A DNA stretch of 64,000 nt from Patescibacteria group bacterium (GCA_038065095.1 JBBTRR010000006.1:20713-84712), one strand, 5' to 3'; shown: positions 48,595 through 58,577, counted from the first letter of the stretch. Notes: generated from the sequence alone by a model not told the origin. Program-made: numbers and translations.

Positions 48595-49944
48595 ATGCTG
48601 TCAAATAGTAAAAAACTAGCCAAATTACCCGCTTCAGCAGGGGTGTATTTCTTTAAGGATAAAGACGGAAAGACAATATACATAGGTAAATCGGGTAATC
48701 TAAAAAATCGTGTTAAAAGCTACTTTAGTAAAGGAGTTAAGTTTTTTAGTCCAGCTAAAGTCAAAATGCTAGCTGAAATTACTGACTTTGAAATTTTAAA
48801 AACAGAATCTGAAATTGAAGCGCTCATAAAAGAATCAGAACTTATTAAAAAACATAAACCCAAGTTTAATGTTTTAATGCGCGACAGTAAAAATTATCTA
48901 TATGTTGCTTTTACCCGCGAAGAATTCCCTAAGATAATTCTGACCCATCAACCTAGTGGCTATACATCATCGAGCCTGAAGGCTCCTCAGAGCCTGAACG
49001 GCCTAGTGGCTAAAAACTATCTCGGCCCCTTTACCGATGGCACCGCCGTTAGAAAAACTTTGCACATTTTACGAGATATTTTCCCTTATTGCACCTGCCA
49101 ACAAAAACACGAAACTAAATGCTTAAATGCTCATATGGGTAAGTGTTTAACTTTCTGCTGTCTTAAAGAATCCTCCAAGATATACCGAATTTACGATCGT
49201 AAATTCGGTATACGGGGGCAATATCAAAAAAATATTAGAGCCATAAAGTCTGTGCTAATTGGCCGAAGCCGAGTTTTGCTTAAAGAACTTAAAAAAGAAA
49301 TTAAACAAGCTATAAAAAATCAAAATTTTGAATTAGCTAAAACAATTAAAAATCAAATAATAAATTTGGATTCGGTTTTAAAACACGCCCATGTTTTAAC
49401 CGAAAAATTTGAATTTTCTTCCCCATCTATATTTAAAGATACTTTGCCAGATTTTACGTTGCTGGGTTTTAAAAATAACCCAAAACGAATAGAAACTTAC
49501 GATATTTCTAATTTCCATGGCGCGGAAGCCGTGGGTTCTATGGTTGTTTTTGAACTTCAAGAAAATGGACAATATAAAGCCAATAAAAACGAATATAGAA
49601 AATTTAAAATTAAAACTGTTTCGGGCATAAACGATCCCGCTATGATGGCAGAAATTATTAAACGCCGTTTAAATAATAATTGGCCACTGCCACAATTGAT
49701 AATTGTAGATGGCGGACGAACACAGTTGAATGCGGCATTAGAAATATTACAAAAAACAAATATTCGTGTAGTTTCTTTGGCTAAAAAATTAGAAGAAATA
49801 TATTTACCCGAAAACAAGGAACCAATCCTTGCTCAAAAATTTGGCCGAAGCTTAAAATATCTTTTTCAAGCGATACGCGATGAAGCGCATAGATTTGCTA
49901 TTAGCTATCATAGAAAACTGCATCGCCAAGCTATTTCTAAATAA
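48595..49944 (+). CDS. uvrC: Excinuclease ABC subunit C, short (no C-terminal HhH)
   Basis: GIY-YIG (GVYFF..IYIGKS..LKNRV), RIETYDISN, VDGG..QL, RDEAHRFA. Confidence 0.92.
   Translation: MLSNSKKLAKLPASAGVYFFKDKDGKTIYIGKSGNLKNRVKSYFSKGVKFFSPAKVKMLAEITDFEILKTESEIEALIKESELIKKHKPKFNVLMRDSKNYLYVAFTREEFPKIILTHQPSGYTSSSLKAPQSLNGLVAKNYLGPFTDGTAVRKTLHILRDIFPYCTCQQKHETKCLNAHMGKCLTFCCLKESSKIYRIYDRKFGIRGQYQKNIRAIKSVLIGRSRVLLKELKKEIKQAIKNQNFELAKTIKNQIINLDSVLKHAHVLTEKFEFSSPSIFKDTLPDFTLLGFKNNPKRIETYDISNFHGAEAVGSMVVFELQENGQYKANKNEYRKFKIKTVSGINDPAMMAEIIKRRLNNNWPLPQLIIVDGGRTQLNAALEILQKTNIRVVSLAKKLEEIYLPENKEPILAQKFGRSLKYLFQAIRDEAHRFAISYHRKLHRQAISK
49181..49212. repeat. Perfect 32-bp CGATCG-centred palindrome inside uvrC
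   Basis: tataccgaatttacga|tcgtaaattcggtata; encodes IYRIYDRKFGI. Confidence 0.95.
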
Positions 49945-49947
49945 TAC

Positions 49948-50232
49948 TTGACAACTTAACAATAAAAGATTTTAATTATAGTATTAGTACCTTAAACTGC
50001 TTATCCTCATGAAAAATGAGGGCTGACAACCAAAAGCGTATGTATTACGTAGACGGAACGGATAAAGTAGACCTCCCCTCTGCTCTATTCCGTGGTCAGC
50101 CCTCTTTACAAAAAACGGGGAGATATTAAAAGATAAAGAAAGGAGTTTTTTAAGGTCAACAGACAAAACGAATTTCATCCCACTAAGTGGGCAAGCAAAA
50201 ACATATTTCCAATATCTGGGGAGAAATTGGAA
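49948..50232 (+). promoter_or_regulatory. Promoter and long structured leader (or small RNA)
   Basis: TTGACA-17-TTTAAT; stem gagggctgac/gtcagccctc; CCTCCCC hairpin loop at 50072-50078. Confidence 0.5.
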
Positions 50233-50604
50233 ATGCAAACGACCAGAGAAGCTCCAGACCTAAGCAAGGTAGTGTTGCCAGAAGGATATAGAGTCGTCGG
50301 CTACTTCAAGAATGGAGCCGAGCACCTACTCCTTTCCACGAGGCATGGGCTCATAGGGTGTCTAAAAAAGAAGGATGACACCCTTGGGAGGGAGGTCAAG
50401 GTGGCAACTTCCAGAGAGTTTGTCGATACTAGGAAGTCTCGCCACACCAACTTCTTCCTCTGCCTCGCCAGCGATCCGGGCAACCAAGAAAAAGGTCTGG
50501 ATCTGGTGTACCAGTCAGACAGAGAGTTGGCCAGATCCAAGTTCACTCTTGTCTGTTCTGGATCATCATATGTAAGGGTCATGAGCGCACAAAACGCTTC
50601 ATGA
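50233..50604 (+). CDS. Orphan hypothetical protein
   Basis: GC-richer ORF, GGGGAG SD, terminator ccggcagct/agctgccgg plus T-tract. Confidence 0.5.
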   Translation: MQTTREAPDLSKVVLPEGYRVVGYFKNGAEHLLLSTRHGLIGCLKKKDDTLGREVKVATSREFVDTRKSRHTNFFLCLASDPGNQEKGLDLVYQSDRELARSKFTLVCSGSSYVRVMSAQNAS

Positions 50605-50761
50605 TCAACGTGCCGGCAGCTTAAAACAAAGCTGCCGGTCTTTTATTTTTTTAAATTGACTTATCTAATCAAAATTGCTAGCATTATTGTGTACTGAAAA
50701 AATCTCTTTTTACTTAATAGATACTCTATGTATGACCCTAAAAGGGTGAGGTTTTTAATTG

Positions 50762-50830
50762 TCCCATTTTAGAAACAGCCCGCTCTAGGTCATTTGGGCG
50801 CGCGAAGCGCGGGCGGGGTTTCTAACGGGA
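50762..50830. repeat. Degenerate CCCGTTAGA...TCTAACGGG element upstream of secG
   Basis: tcccattttagaaac...gtttctaacggga with GC-rich internal hairpins. Confidence 0.7.
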
Positions 50831-50839
50831 TTGCTTAAT

Positions 50840-51049
50840 ATGATAATAAACATAATACAAATAGTTTTAGCTGTCTTGTTGGTAATTACTGTGTTGCTAC
50901 AACAACAAGGTTCTGGTTTATCTGGCGCCTTTGGCGGTGAAGGAGAATTTCATCATACTAAAAGAGGTGCCGAAAAATATCTTTTCGTAGCTACGATTGT
51001 TTTGTCTGTTCTATTCTTTGGAACTGCCTTGGCTAATATAGTTTTCTAA
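50840..51049 (+). CDS. secG: Preprotein translocase subunit SecG
   Basis: VLLQQQGSGLSGAFGG, two TM helices. Confidence 0.92.
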   Translation: MIINIIQIVLAVLLVITVLLQQQGSGLSGAFGGEGEFHHTKRGAEKYLFVATIVLSVLFFGTALANIVF

Positions 51050-51077
51050 ATATATCTCGCGATCCGAGATAACTTAT

Positions 51078-52823
51078 TTGAAAGTGAAGGAAAAAATTAA
51101 CAAAATTTGGAAACGCATAAAGTTTATGCGTTCGTTATCTATAAAACACTGGCGTTATTTGCTTAGACAACTAAGCAAGAAAGAAATAAACGCTATTTTA
51201 GTTTTTCTTGGATTAGCCATCACCTCATCTTTATTTTTAGGTGTTTATGATTATTGGTTTTTAAGAACTTCGGTCGCATCCTCTGGTGGAACATATTCCG
51301 AAGGTGTTATTGGCGAACCTCGTTATATAAACCCCGCTTTAGCTTCGGCTAGCGAAGTTGACCGCGACCTAACTACACTTATTTTTTCTGGCTTAGTTAA
51401 ACACAATGAACTTGGAAATATTATTCCAGATCTAGCCGAAAGTTATCAAATAAGAGATAACGGAAAAACTTATGAATTTAAACTTAAAGAAAATTTAAGC
51501 TGGCCCGACAAAAAGCCATTAACTAGTGATGATGTAATTTTCACAATAAACTTAATTAAAGATTCTAAATTTCAAAGCCCGCTACGCAACAACTGGCAAG
51601 GTGTAAGAATAGAAAAAATTGATGAGCTTAGATTTGTAATAAAATTGCCGGTAGCCTATGAACCTTTTTTAGAAAATGCTACCCTAGGAATTTTACCTCA
51701 ACATATTTGGGAAAATGTTCAACCACAAAACTTTCTATTAACTCAACTTAACTTAAAACCAATAGGTTTTGGTCAATATCAAGTTACAAAAATAACCAAG
51801 AATGCTTCTGGAGTTATAAAGTCTATGGAATTTTCTCCCAATCCGCGCTATTATGAAAAAGCAAATATATCTCTTTTAAGAATTCGTTTCTATGAAAACC
51901 AAGAAGATTTGGTTAATGCTTTTAAGCGCCGAGAGATTGATGGTTTTTCTTTAAGCTCAGTTTTAGATAAAATAGAACTTAAAAAATCTAGAGATCTTGT
52001 TTTTTACGACATTAAGTTGCCTAGGTATTATGGAGTATTTTTTAATCAAACAAGATCCGATGTCTTAGCCGAGCTTGATGTAAGAAAAGCTTTATCTTAT
52101 GCCACAGATAAAGAAACACTAATAAAGGATATTTTAAAATCTGAAGCTCAAACTCAAAAAGGACCATTGCCTTTTGGGCTTTTGAATATAGGTATACCGG
52201 AAATAAACTATAATTTTGATATTGAAACTGCTAAAAACATACTAGATAAATCTGGCTGGAAGATTGGGGAAAACGGCATAAGAGAAAAAAAATTAAAAGG
52301 TAAAACAACAAAATTAGAATTTGCGCTTACTACTACGGATTGGCCGGAACATACGCAAGTTGCCAGTAATTTAAAACAAAACTGGGAAAAGATAGGCGCA
52401 AAAATAGATTTAGATGTTGTGCCAGTTAACGGCATTCAAACCCAAAACATAAGACCACGCCAGTACCAAGCCCTACTTTTTGGAGAAGTTTTAAGCTTAA
52501 ACCCAGACCCATTTTCTTTTTGGCATTCCACACAAAGAAGAGATCCTGGTTTGAATTTAGCATTATATAACAACAAAAAAGTTGACGGACTTTTAGAATC
52601 AGCTCGCCAAGAAAACGACCCCAACAAAAGAATAAAATCTTACGAAGCCTTCCAAAAAATAATAATGCAAGACATCCCAGCCATATTCCTTTATAGCCCA
52701 AATTATATTTATGCTGTATCTGGAAAAATTAAAGGTATTAACACCAAAGCTATTAACACTCCATCGCAAAGATTTGAAAATATAAACAAATGGCATACCG
52801 CCACCAAGAGAGTAAAAAAATAA
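51078..52823 (+). CDS. Family 5 ABC substrate-binding protein (OppA/DppA-like)
   Basis: GGTYSEG..G.PRYINP, IPDLAES, DDVIFT, VRKAL. Confidence 0.88.
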   Translation: MKVKEKINKIWKRIKFMRSLSIKHWRYLLRQLSKKEINAILVFLGLAITSSLFLGVYDYWFLRTSVASSGGTYSEGVIGEPRYINPALASASEVDRDLTTLIFSGLVKHNELGNIIPDLAESYQIRDNGKTYEFKLKENLSWPDKKPLTSDDVIFTINLIKDSKFQSPLRNNWQGVRIEKIDELRFVIKLPVAYEPFLENATLGILPQHIWENVQPQNFLLTQLNLKPIGFGQYQVTKITKNASGVIKSMEFSPNPRYYEKANISLLRIRFYENQEDLVNAFKRREIDGFSLSSVLDKIELKKSRDLVFYDIKLPRYYGVFFNQTRSDVLAELDVRKALSYATDKETLIKDILKSEAQTQKGPLPFGLLNIGIPEINYNFDIETAKNILDKSGWKIGENGIREKKLKGKTTKLEFALTTTDWPEHTQVASNLKQNWEKIGAKIDLDVVPVNGIQTQNIRPRQYQALLFGEVLSLNPDPFSFWHSTQRRDPGLNLALYNNKKVDGLLESARQENDPNKRIKSYEAFQKIIMQDIPAIFLYSPNYIYAVSGKIKGINTKAINTPSQRFENINKWHTATKRVKK

Positions 52824-52830
52824 AGCTCTC

Positions 52831-52914
52831 GGGGATGTGGTGAAATTGGCAGACACGCAGCGTTCAGGTCGCTGTGAGCGCAAGCTCTTGGGAGTTCAAA
52901 TCTCCCCATCCCCA
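52831..52914 (+). tRNA. tRNA-Leu(CAG)
   Basis: GGGGATG/CATCCCC acceptor stem, loop TT-CAG-GT, long variable arm; secG-leu tRNA proximity. Confidence 0.95.
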
Positions 52915-53009
52915 CCTTCAAAATAAAAAATTAAAGATTAAAAATTAAAGTTTTTTAATTTTGAATTTAAATTTTACATTTTGAATTTTAACTTTTAAAT
53001 TTATTAAAT

Positions 53010-54905
53010 ATGAATCAACCATACAGACCACATAGTGGCGATAGACAAAATAATAGACAAGGTAACAGACACAGCGGTCGACCATCCAATTCGGGAAAAT
53101 TATTTTTTAGATCATCAACTAATCAAGATAACGAAAACCCTCGCGGACCAAGAAACCTTAGGGGTAATTTTGTTCCAAAAACTAACGAAGAATACCAGGA
53201 CACAGGCCCTAAAGTACCTCAACAGAATTGCTTACGTATTATTCCTTTGGGTGGCTTAGGCGAAGTTGGTCGCAATATGACAGTTATAGAATGGCGTGAT
53301 TACGACAAAGACGATCGCGATATTTTACTTATTGATGCTGGCGTAAGATTTCCCGAAGAAGACATGCCTGGTATTGATTTGCTAATTCCAAACATAAAAT
53401 ATTTAGAAGATAAAACCGACAAAATTAGCGGACTAGTATTTACACATGGTCACTTCGACCATATCGGCGCCTTGCCTTATATGCTTGAACAAATTGGTAA
53501 CCCAATGATTTATGCCGCTCCATTAACTAAGGGTTTGATTATAAAACGCCACGAAGAGTTTAAACAACTACCCAAGTTAATGATAGACGAAATTAGAAAT
53601 GGTGATAAAAGAAAGATTGGCGTTTTTGAAGTTGAATTTATTCACATCAATCATAGTATTCCCGACGATATGGCTTTGCTTATTAAAACTCCAGCGGGCA
53701 ATATTATGTGCACTTCCGATTTTAAATTTGATCATAACCCTGTTATAGATAAGCCCGCCGAAATTGAACGCTTAAAGAAAATTGGTGACGACGGTTTACT
53801 TTTAGTAATGAGCGATAGCACTGGTGCCGAAGAACCAGGCCACTCTATTTCTGAATCCGACATTCAAGCCAACCTAGAAAAACTTATTCAAGATGCTCCA
53901 GGGCGAGTTATTGTGGGTATGTTTGCTTCGGCTATTAATCGTGTTCAACAAATTATTGCTATTTCCGAAAAATTTAATCGCAAGGTTGTAGTGGAAGGTT
54001 TTAGTATGAAAGCTGCAGTAGAAGTTTCTAAAGTTTTGGGCTACATCAAAACCAAAAAAGGAACTTTAATTTCGGCTTCCGAAAGCAATAAATATCCAGA
54101 TAGCAAAATAACTATTTTAGGCACTGGTGGCCAAGGCGAAGAAAACGCTGTTTTAATGAGATTAGCCACCCACCGCCATAAACAATTAGAACTTAAAAAA
54201 GGAGATACCATTATATTCTCTTCTTCTATTATTCCGGGCAACGAAAGAACCATTCAACAATTAAAAGATAATTTATTGCGTCACGGCGTAAAAGTTTATA
54301 ACTACCGAATGTTAGACATTCATGCTGGCGGACACGGCCATCAAGAGGATTTAATGTATATGTTGGAACTTGTTAGACCAAAATTTTTAATGCCAGTACA
54401 CGGCCAACTTTCAATGTTGTTTGCTATGAAAGACCTTGGCATACGTTTTGGTATGAAAGAAGAAAATATTGTTGTGGTTGAAAACGGTAATGTGGTTAGA
54501 GTAACCGCCGATCAAATTTCTGTAGATAAAAAACCAGTGCCAGCCGAAATGGTTATGGTAGATGGGCTTGGTGTGGGCGATGTAGGTTCGGTAGTGCTTC
54601 GCGACCGCCAAATGTTAGCCGAAGATGGCATGTTTATGGTGGTAGCTGTGGTAGATTCTAAAACCGGCCGAGTGCGCGGTAGCCCAGATATTATTTCCCG
54701 TGGATTTATTTATTTACGCGACAACAAACAAATGCTGTTAGACGCTAGAATGATAATTAGAAAAGTTATAGAAGGGGCTACTGGCGGTGAACATCCATTT
54801 AACGATGCGTTGGTTAAAGATGAAATTAGAGAACGCTTAGGCCAATTCTTATTCCAAAAAACTCATAGACGACCAATGATTCTGCCAGTGTTGATTCAGG
54901 TGTAG
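53010..54905 (+). CDS. rnj: Ribonuclease J with disordered N-terminal extension
   Basis: PLGGLGEVGRNM, THGHFDHIGA, HSIPD, PVHG, RRPMILP. Confidence 0.96.
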   Translation: MNQPYRPHSGDRQNNRQGNRHSGRPSNSGKLFFRSSTNQDNENPRGPRNLRGNFVPKTNEEYQDTGPKVPQQNCLRIIPLGGLGEVGRNMTVIEWRDYDKDDRDILLIDAGVRFPEEDMPGIDLLIPNIKYLEDKTDKISGLVFTHGHFDHIGALPYMLEQIGNPMIYAAPLTKGLIIKRHEEFKQLPKLMIDEIRNGDKRKIGVFEVEFIHINHSIPDDMALLIKTPAGNIMCTSDFKFDHNPVIDKPAEIERLKKIGDDGLLLVMSDSTGAEEPGHSISESDIQANLEKLIQDAPGRVIVGMFASAINRVQQIIAISEKFNRKVVVEGFSMKAAVEVSKVLGYIKTKKGTLISASESNKYPDSKITILGTGGQGEENAVLMRLATHRHKQLELKKGDTIIFSSSIIPGNERTIQQLKDNLLRHGVKVYNYRMLDIHAGGHGHQEDLMYMLELVRPKFLMPVHGQLSMLFAMKDLGIRFGMKEENIVVVENGNVVRVTADQISVDKKPVPAEMVMVDGLGVGDVGSVVLRDRQMLAEDGMFMVVAVVDSKTGRVRGSPDIISRGFIYLRDNKQMLLDARMIIRKVIEGATGGEHPFNDALVKDEIRERLGQFLFQKTHRRPMILPVLIQV

Positions 54906-54949
54906 GTTCTTGATAAACTAACCTCAGTTCTTACCTAAAGGAGGTTTGT

Positions 54950-55258
54950 ATGCCCAACCTACCAAAAACATGGGGGGTTTCGTATCAACATGGAAATCCC
55001 GACGTTCCACACAGCTGGGATTATGAATGTTTGGAATGTAAGTGGAGTTATTTTAGTGCGGAATCTTTTGACCAAATAGTAGGATTTCATTTGCTGTCCG
55101 AACCAGAATATGGAATTACAACAAGTTATAAAAAAATAGGTATATTTATAATTGAATGCCCCAAATGTTTTTCGAAGTTTTGGATACATGCAACAGAAGA
55201 TATTATGGAATATGCGATACACGGTTGCCAAAAATGGCCGAAAGAAAACCCCGAATGA
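54950..55258 (+). CDS. Orphan Zn-ribbon-like protein
   Basis: CLEC and CPKC pairs; AAAGGAGG SD; bidirectional terminator 55246-55270. Confidence 0.6.
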   Translation: MPNLPKTWGVSYQHGNPDVPHSWDYECLECKWSYFSAESFDQIVGFHLLSEPEYGITTSYKKIGIFIIECPKCFSKFWIHATEDIMEYAIHGCQKWPKENPE

Positions 55259-55270
55259 TTTCGGGGTTTT

Positions 55271-56608
55271 TTATGCTTTCAAAATATTTTCTATTTCCTC
55301 TTTCAGCTTATTTATCTCTTCCCTATTCTTGCCTTCTAAATTTAGCCTCCAAACGCTTTCGGTATTAGAACGGCGTAGGTTAAAACGCCACGCTGAGTTT
55401 TCCACACTTAAGCCATCAATTTCGCTTATGTTTTCGTTTTTATATTTTTCTTTTATGGTTCCAATAATTTTATCTATTCTGCCTTCAAAAGGAATATTTA
55501 TTTCGGGAATAATTATATAATTTCTGTAAGGTTCTAAAAGTTTAGACAGTGGTTTTTTCTTTTTATTTAAAACAAAAACCATAGCCAGCACCGCCACTAT
55601 AGCATTATCGCCATAATATAAATCTTTAAAAAAATAATGCCCCGATTTCTCCGCGCCCATTTCTGCTTTAATTTTTTTCATTGTGGCCTGCATTTTGGTT
55701 CGGCCAACCGGCACCACACCTAATTGCATGCCTTTCTTTTTGGCAGTTTCATCTACAACACGTGCTAATGCAATATTTTTTACAACTGCTTTGGCTTTTT
55801 TATAAGGCAGGTAGTTTTCTATAAACAAAGAAAAAACATAACTTGGGTCTATAACCTCGCCCAGTTCGTCTAAAAACAAAACCCTATCACCATCGCCATC
55901 TATAACAACGCCAAAACCAAACTTACTCTGCTTCATTAGTATTTTTATTCCCTTTTGGCTTTCGGGTAAAAGCGGGTTCGGGCTATGTGCCGGAAATTTA
56001 CCATTGGGAGTTTCGTTTAATGTAGCAAAATCTATTTTTAATTTTTCTAAAACTAAAACAAATTCTGGTCCAGAGGAACCATTAGAAAAGTCTAGAGCAA
56101 TTTTCAGCTTTGATCTAAATGAAGGCATTTTTTTAATTATAAAATCAACATATTCCCCTATGGGCGAATGTTTTTTAGAATCAATTTTATGCTCTACTTT
56201 TGCCTCGCTTGTATTTACATTTTTGAATTTATTTTCTAATTTATTAAGCCCAGTCAGTTTATCTACAATCCCATTTTTTGCCGAAAAAAGTTTAAGCCCG
56301 TTTTGGTCTTTAGGATTATGCGAAGCCGTTATCATTAAAGTATCTACTTTATATTTTTGCGAATACCACAAACAAAATGGGGTGCTAACACAGCCCAAAT
56401 CTATAATTTTTACTTTCTTATTTTGCAAAGCCGAAGCTAAATACAAAAACAAAGTTTCGCCCGAAAGCCGAGAATCTCGCCCTATAGCAATCTTTTTAGG
56501 TTTAAAAGCTTCGTAATATGCTTTGCCTAAATTATAAAAAATAGTTTCGTTTACTTCGCCTGGGTAGTGACCCCGAATATCGTATTCGTGAAATATACTA
56601 GAAGACAT
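55271..56608 (-). CDS. Phosphomannomutase/phosphoglucomutase
   Basis: YDIRG, TASHNP, DGDGDR, EKSGH, RRSNTE. Confidence 0.93.
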   Translation of the reverse strand: MSSSIFHEYDIRGHYPGEVNETIFYNLGKAYYEAFKPKKIAIGRDSRLSGETLFLYLASALQNKKVKIIDLGCVSTPFCLWYSQKYKVDTLMITASHNPKDQNGLKLFSAKNGIVDKLTGLNKLENKFKNVNTSEAKVEHKIDSKKHSPIGEYVDFIIKKMPSFRSKLKIALDFSNGSSGPEFVLVLEKLKIDFATLNETPNGKFPAHSPNPLLPESQKGIKILMKQSKFGFGVVIDGDGDRVLFLDELGEVIDPSYVFSLFIENYLPYKKAKAVVKNIALARVVDETAKKKGMQLGVVPVGRTKMQATMKKIKAEMGAEKSGHYFFKDLYYGDNAIVAVLAMVFVLNKKKKPLSKLLEPYRNYIIIPEINIPFEGRIDKIIGTIKEKYKNENISEIDGLSVENSAWRFNLRRSNTESVWRLNLEGKNREEINKLKEEIENILKA

Positions 56609-56636
56609 AATTATTATATGATAGCATAATAGGCTT

Positions 56637-57710
56637 ATGAAGATCGGCATTGTTGGATTACCAAATGTTGGTAAATCTACCTTATTTAAAACCATAACAG
56701 AAAAGGAGGTTGTTATTGCTAATTACCCTTTCGCCACAATAGATCCAAACATTGGAGTTGTGGCAATACCCGACGAACGCTTACAAAAACTAGCGGAGTT
56801 TTCTAATTCTAAAAAAACTGTACCAGCCATAATAGAATTTGCCGATATTGCCGGATTAGTAAAAGGCGCTTCGCAAGGCTTAGGTTTAGGCAATGAATTT
56901 TTAAATAATATTCGCGATGTAGATGCAATTTTGCACTTGGTTAGAGTTTTTAAAGATAGCAATATAATTCACGTAGAAAACGAACCCGATCCTGTTCGTG
57001 ATTTTGAGATAATAAATTTGGAACTTATTTTAAAAGATTTAGATATAGTTTCTAAGGCTTTGACCAAAGCTGAATCGGAAGCCAAAACTAACGACAAATT
57101 AAAAGTTAAACGAAAAGAAATTTTCCAAAAAATGAAATCTTTGCTAGAAGAAAACAAACTTCTTTATGGGCATCTTGATGCAGACGAAACCAAAATAGCT
57201 TATGAAGTTGGATTGTTAACATATAAACCAATGCTAGTTGTTTTTAATATTTCCGAAGAAGAACTTTCAATAAATTGGGAACCAGATGCAAAACTTAAAA
57301 ACCTTCTTGGAAATATTCCTTACTTAGCTATAGCTATAGCTGTAGAAGAAATGGCTACTGGAGCCAACGAAAACGAAAAGAAAGAAATACTAGAAATGGC
57401 AGGAATTAAAGAAACTGGTTTGACTAAACTTATACGCAAAAGCTACGAAACTTTGGGCTTAATGACATATTTTACAACAGGCGAAGACGAAACCCGAGCA
57501 TGGACAATTCCAGTGGGTTCCAAAGCTCCACGCGCGGGCCGTGCCATACATTCCGATTTTGAAGACCGATTTATTAGGGCCGAAGTAATACACTGGGATA
57601 AGCTCTTAGAAGCTGGTTCTTGGGCCAAAGCACGCGATCTAGGCCTATTACGCATTGAGGGCAAGGAATACGTGGTTAAAGATGGGGATGTAGTTGAGTT
57701 TAGAGTCTAA
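56637..57710 (+). CDS. ychF: Obg-family ATPase YchF
   Basis: GIVGLPNVGKST, NYPFATIDPN, IHSDF, EGKEYVVKDGD. Confidence 0.97.
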   Translation: MKIGIVGLPNVGKSTLFKTITEKEVVIANYPFATIDPNIGVVAIPDERLQKLAEFSNSKKTVPAIIEFADIAGLVKGASQGLGLGNEFLNNIRDVDAILHLVRVFKDSNIIHVENEPDPVRDFEIINLELILKDLDIVSKALTKAESEAKTNDKLKVKRKEIFQKMKSLLEENKLLYGHLDADETKIAYEVGLLTYKPMLVVFNISEEELSINWEPDAKLKNLLGNIPYLAIAIAVEEMATGANENEKKEILEMAGIKETGLTKLIRKSYETLGLMTYFTTGEDETRAWTIPVGSKAPRAGRAIHSDFEDRFIRAEVIHWDKLLEAGSWAKARDLGLLRIEGKEYVVKDGDVVEFRV

Positions 57711-57764
57711 TATTGACCTAACTGGCTGGATTTGTTAGGATATGGGAACAATTTTACTAAGGAT

Positions 57765-58037
57765 ATGGCGCATACAAAAGCAACTGGGTCTACTACATTA
57801 GGACGAGACTCAATATCAAAAAGATTAGGTTTAAAACTACACGACGGCCAAATAGCCAAAGCCGGTAATCTTATAGTTAAGCAAAGAGGTAGCCGAGTTT
57901 GGCCTGGTAAGAATGTTAAAAAAGGTGGCGATGATACACTTTATGCCGCTAAAGATGGAATTATAAAATTCAGCACAAAATTAAAGATAGATTTTACGGG
58001 GCACAAAAAACTAGTGAAAGTGGTGAGTGTAATATAA
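57765..58037 (+). CDS. rpmA: 50S ribosomal protein bL27
   Basis: MAHTKATGST..GRDS..KRLG, QRG, GGDDTLYA. Confidence 0.96.
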   Translation: MAHTKATGSTTLGRDSISKRLGLKLHDGQIAKAGNLIVKQRGSRVWPGKNVKKGGDDTLYAAKDGIIKFSTKLKIDFTGHKKLVKVVSVI

Positions 58038-58052
58038 AGATTAAAAAAGACT

Positions 58053-58084
58053 AATATCCGACCTTCTATAGAAGGTCGGATATT
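58053..58084. repeat. Perfect 32-bp palindrome between convergent rpmA and rplI
   Basis: aatatccgaccttcta|tagaaggtcggatatt. Confidence 0.9.
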
Positions 58085-58118
58085 TTAAATTATTTTGTTA
58101 ATTCTTAATTCTTTATTA

Positions 58119-58568
58119 TTATGAATCTTCAGAAACCACCACCACTTTAACCTCGGCTTCTAATCCATGAGGCAAAGAAACAACTATCATATGATCCCCT
58201 ACTTTTTTAATAGCAGATTTAATCTTTATTTGGCTCTTAGATATTTTAAAACCAATACCACTTAAAGTTTCAGCAATTTTTTGAGCCGATAAACCAGCAT
58301 AACCCACACCTTCCTTAGAAACTTTCATTGGAATCTCAACTTCTAAACCTTCCAATTTTTGAGCCATACTTTCAAATTCCACCAATTCTTTTTCGGCTTT
58401 TTTCTTTTTAGCTTCACTCTGAACATCTAAATCCATCGCCACTGCCGAAGTTAAAACCATAGCTAAACCACGGGGAAACAAAAAATTCTTAGCGTACCCT
58501 GGGGTAACGGTTTTAACTTGTGATTTCTTTCCAAGACTCGGTACATCTTTTAGTAATACCACTTTCAT
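58119..58568 (-). CDS. rplI: 50S ribosomal protein bL9
   Basis: MKVVLLKDV..LGK...V..GYAKNFLFPRGLA. Confidence 0.96.
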   Translation of the reverse strand: MKVVLLKDVPSLGKKSQVKTVTPGYAKNFLFPRGLAMVLTSAVAMDLDVQSEAKKKKAEKELVEFESMAQKLEGLEVEIPMKVSKEGVGYAGLSAQKIAETLSGIGFKISKSQIKIKSAIKKVGDHMIVVSLPHGLEAEVKVVVVSEDS

Positions 58569-58577
58569 AATTTTATA

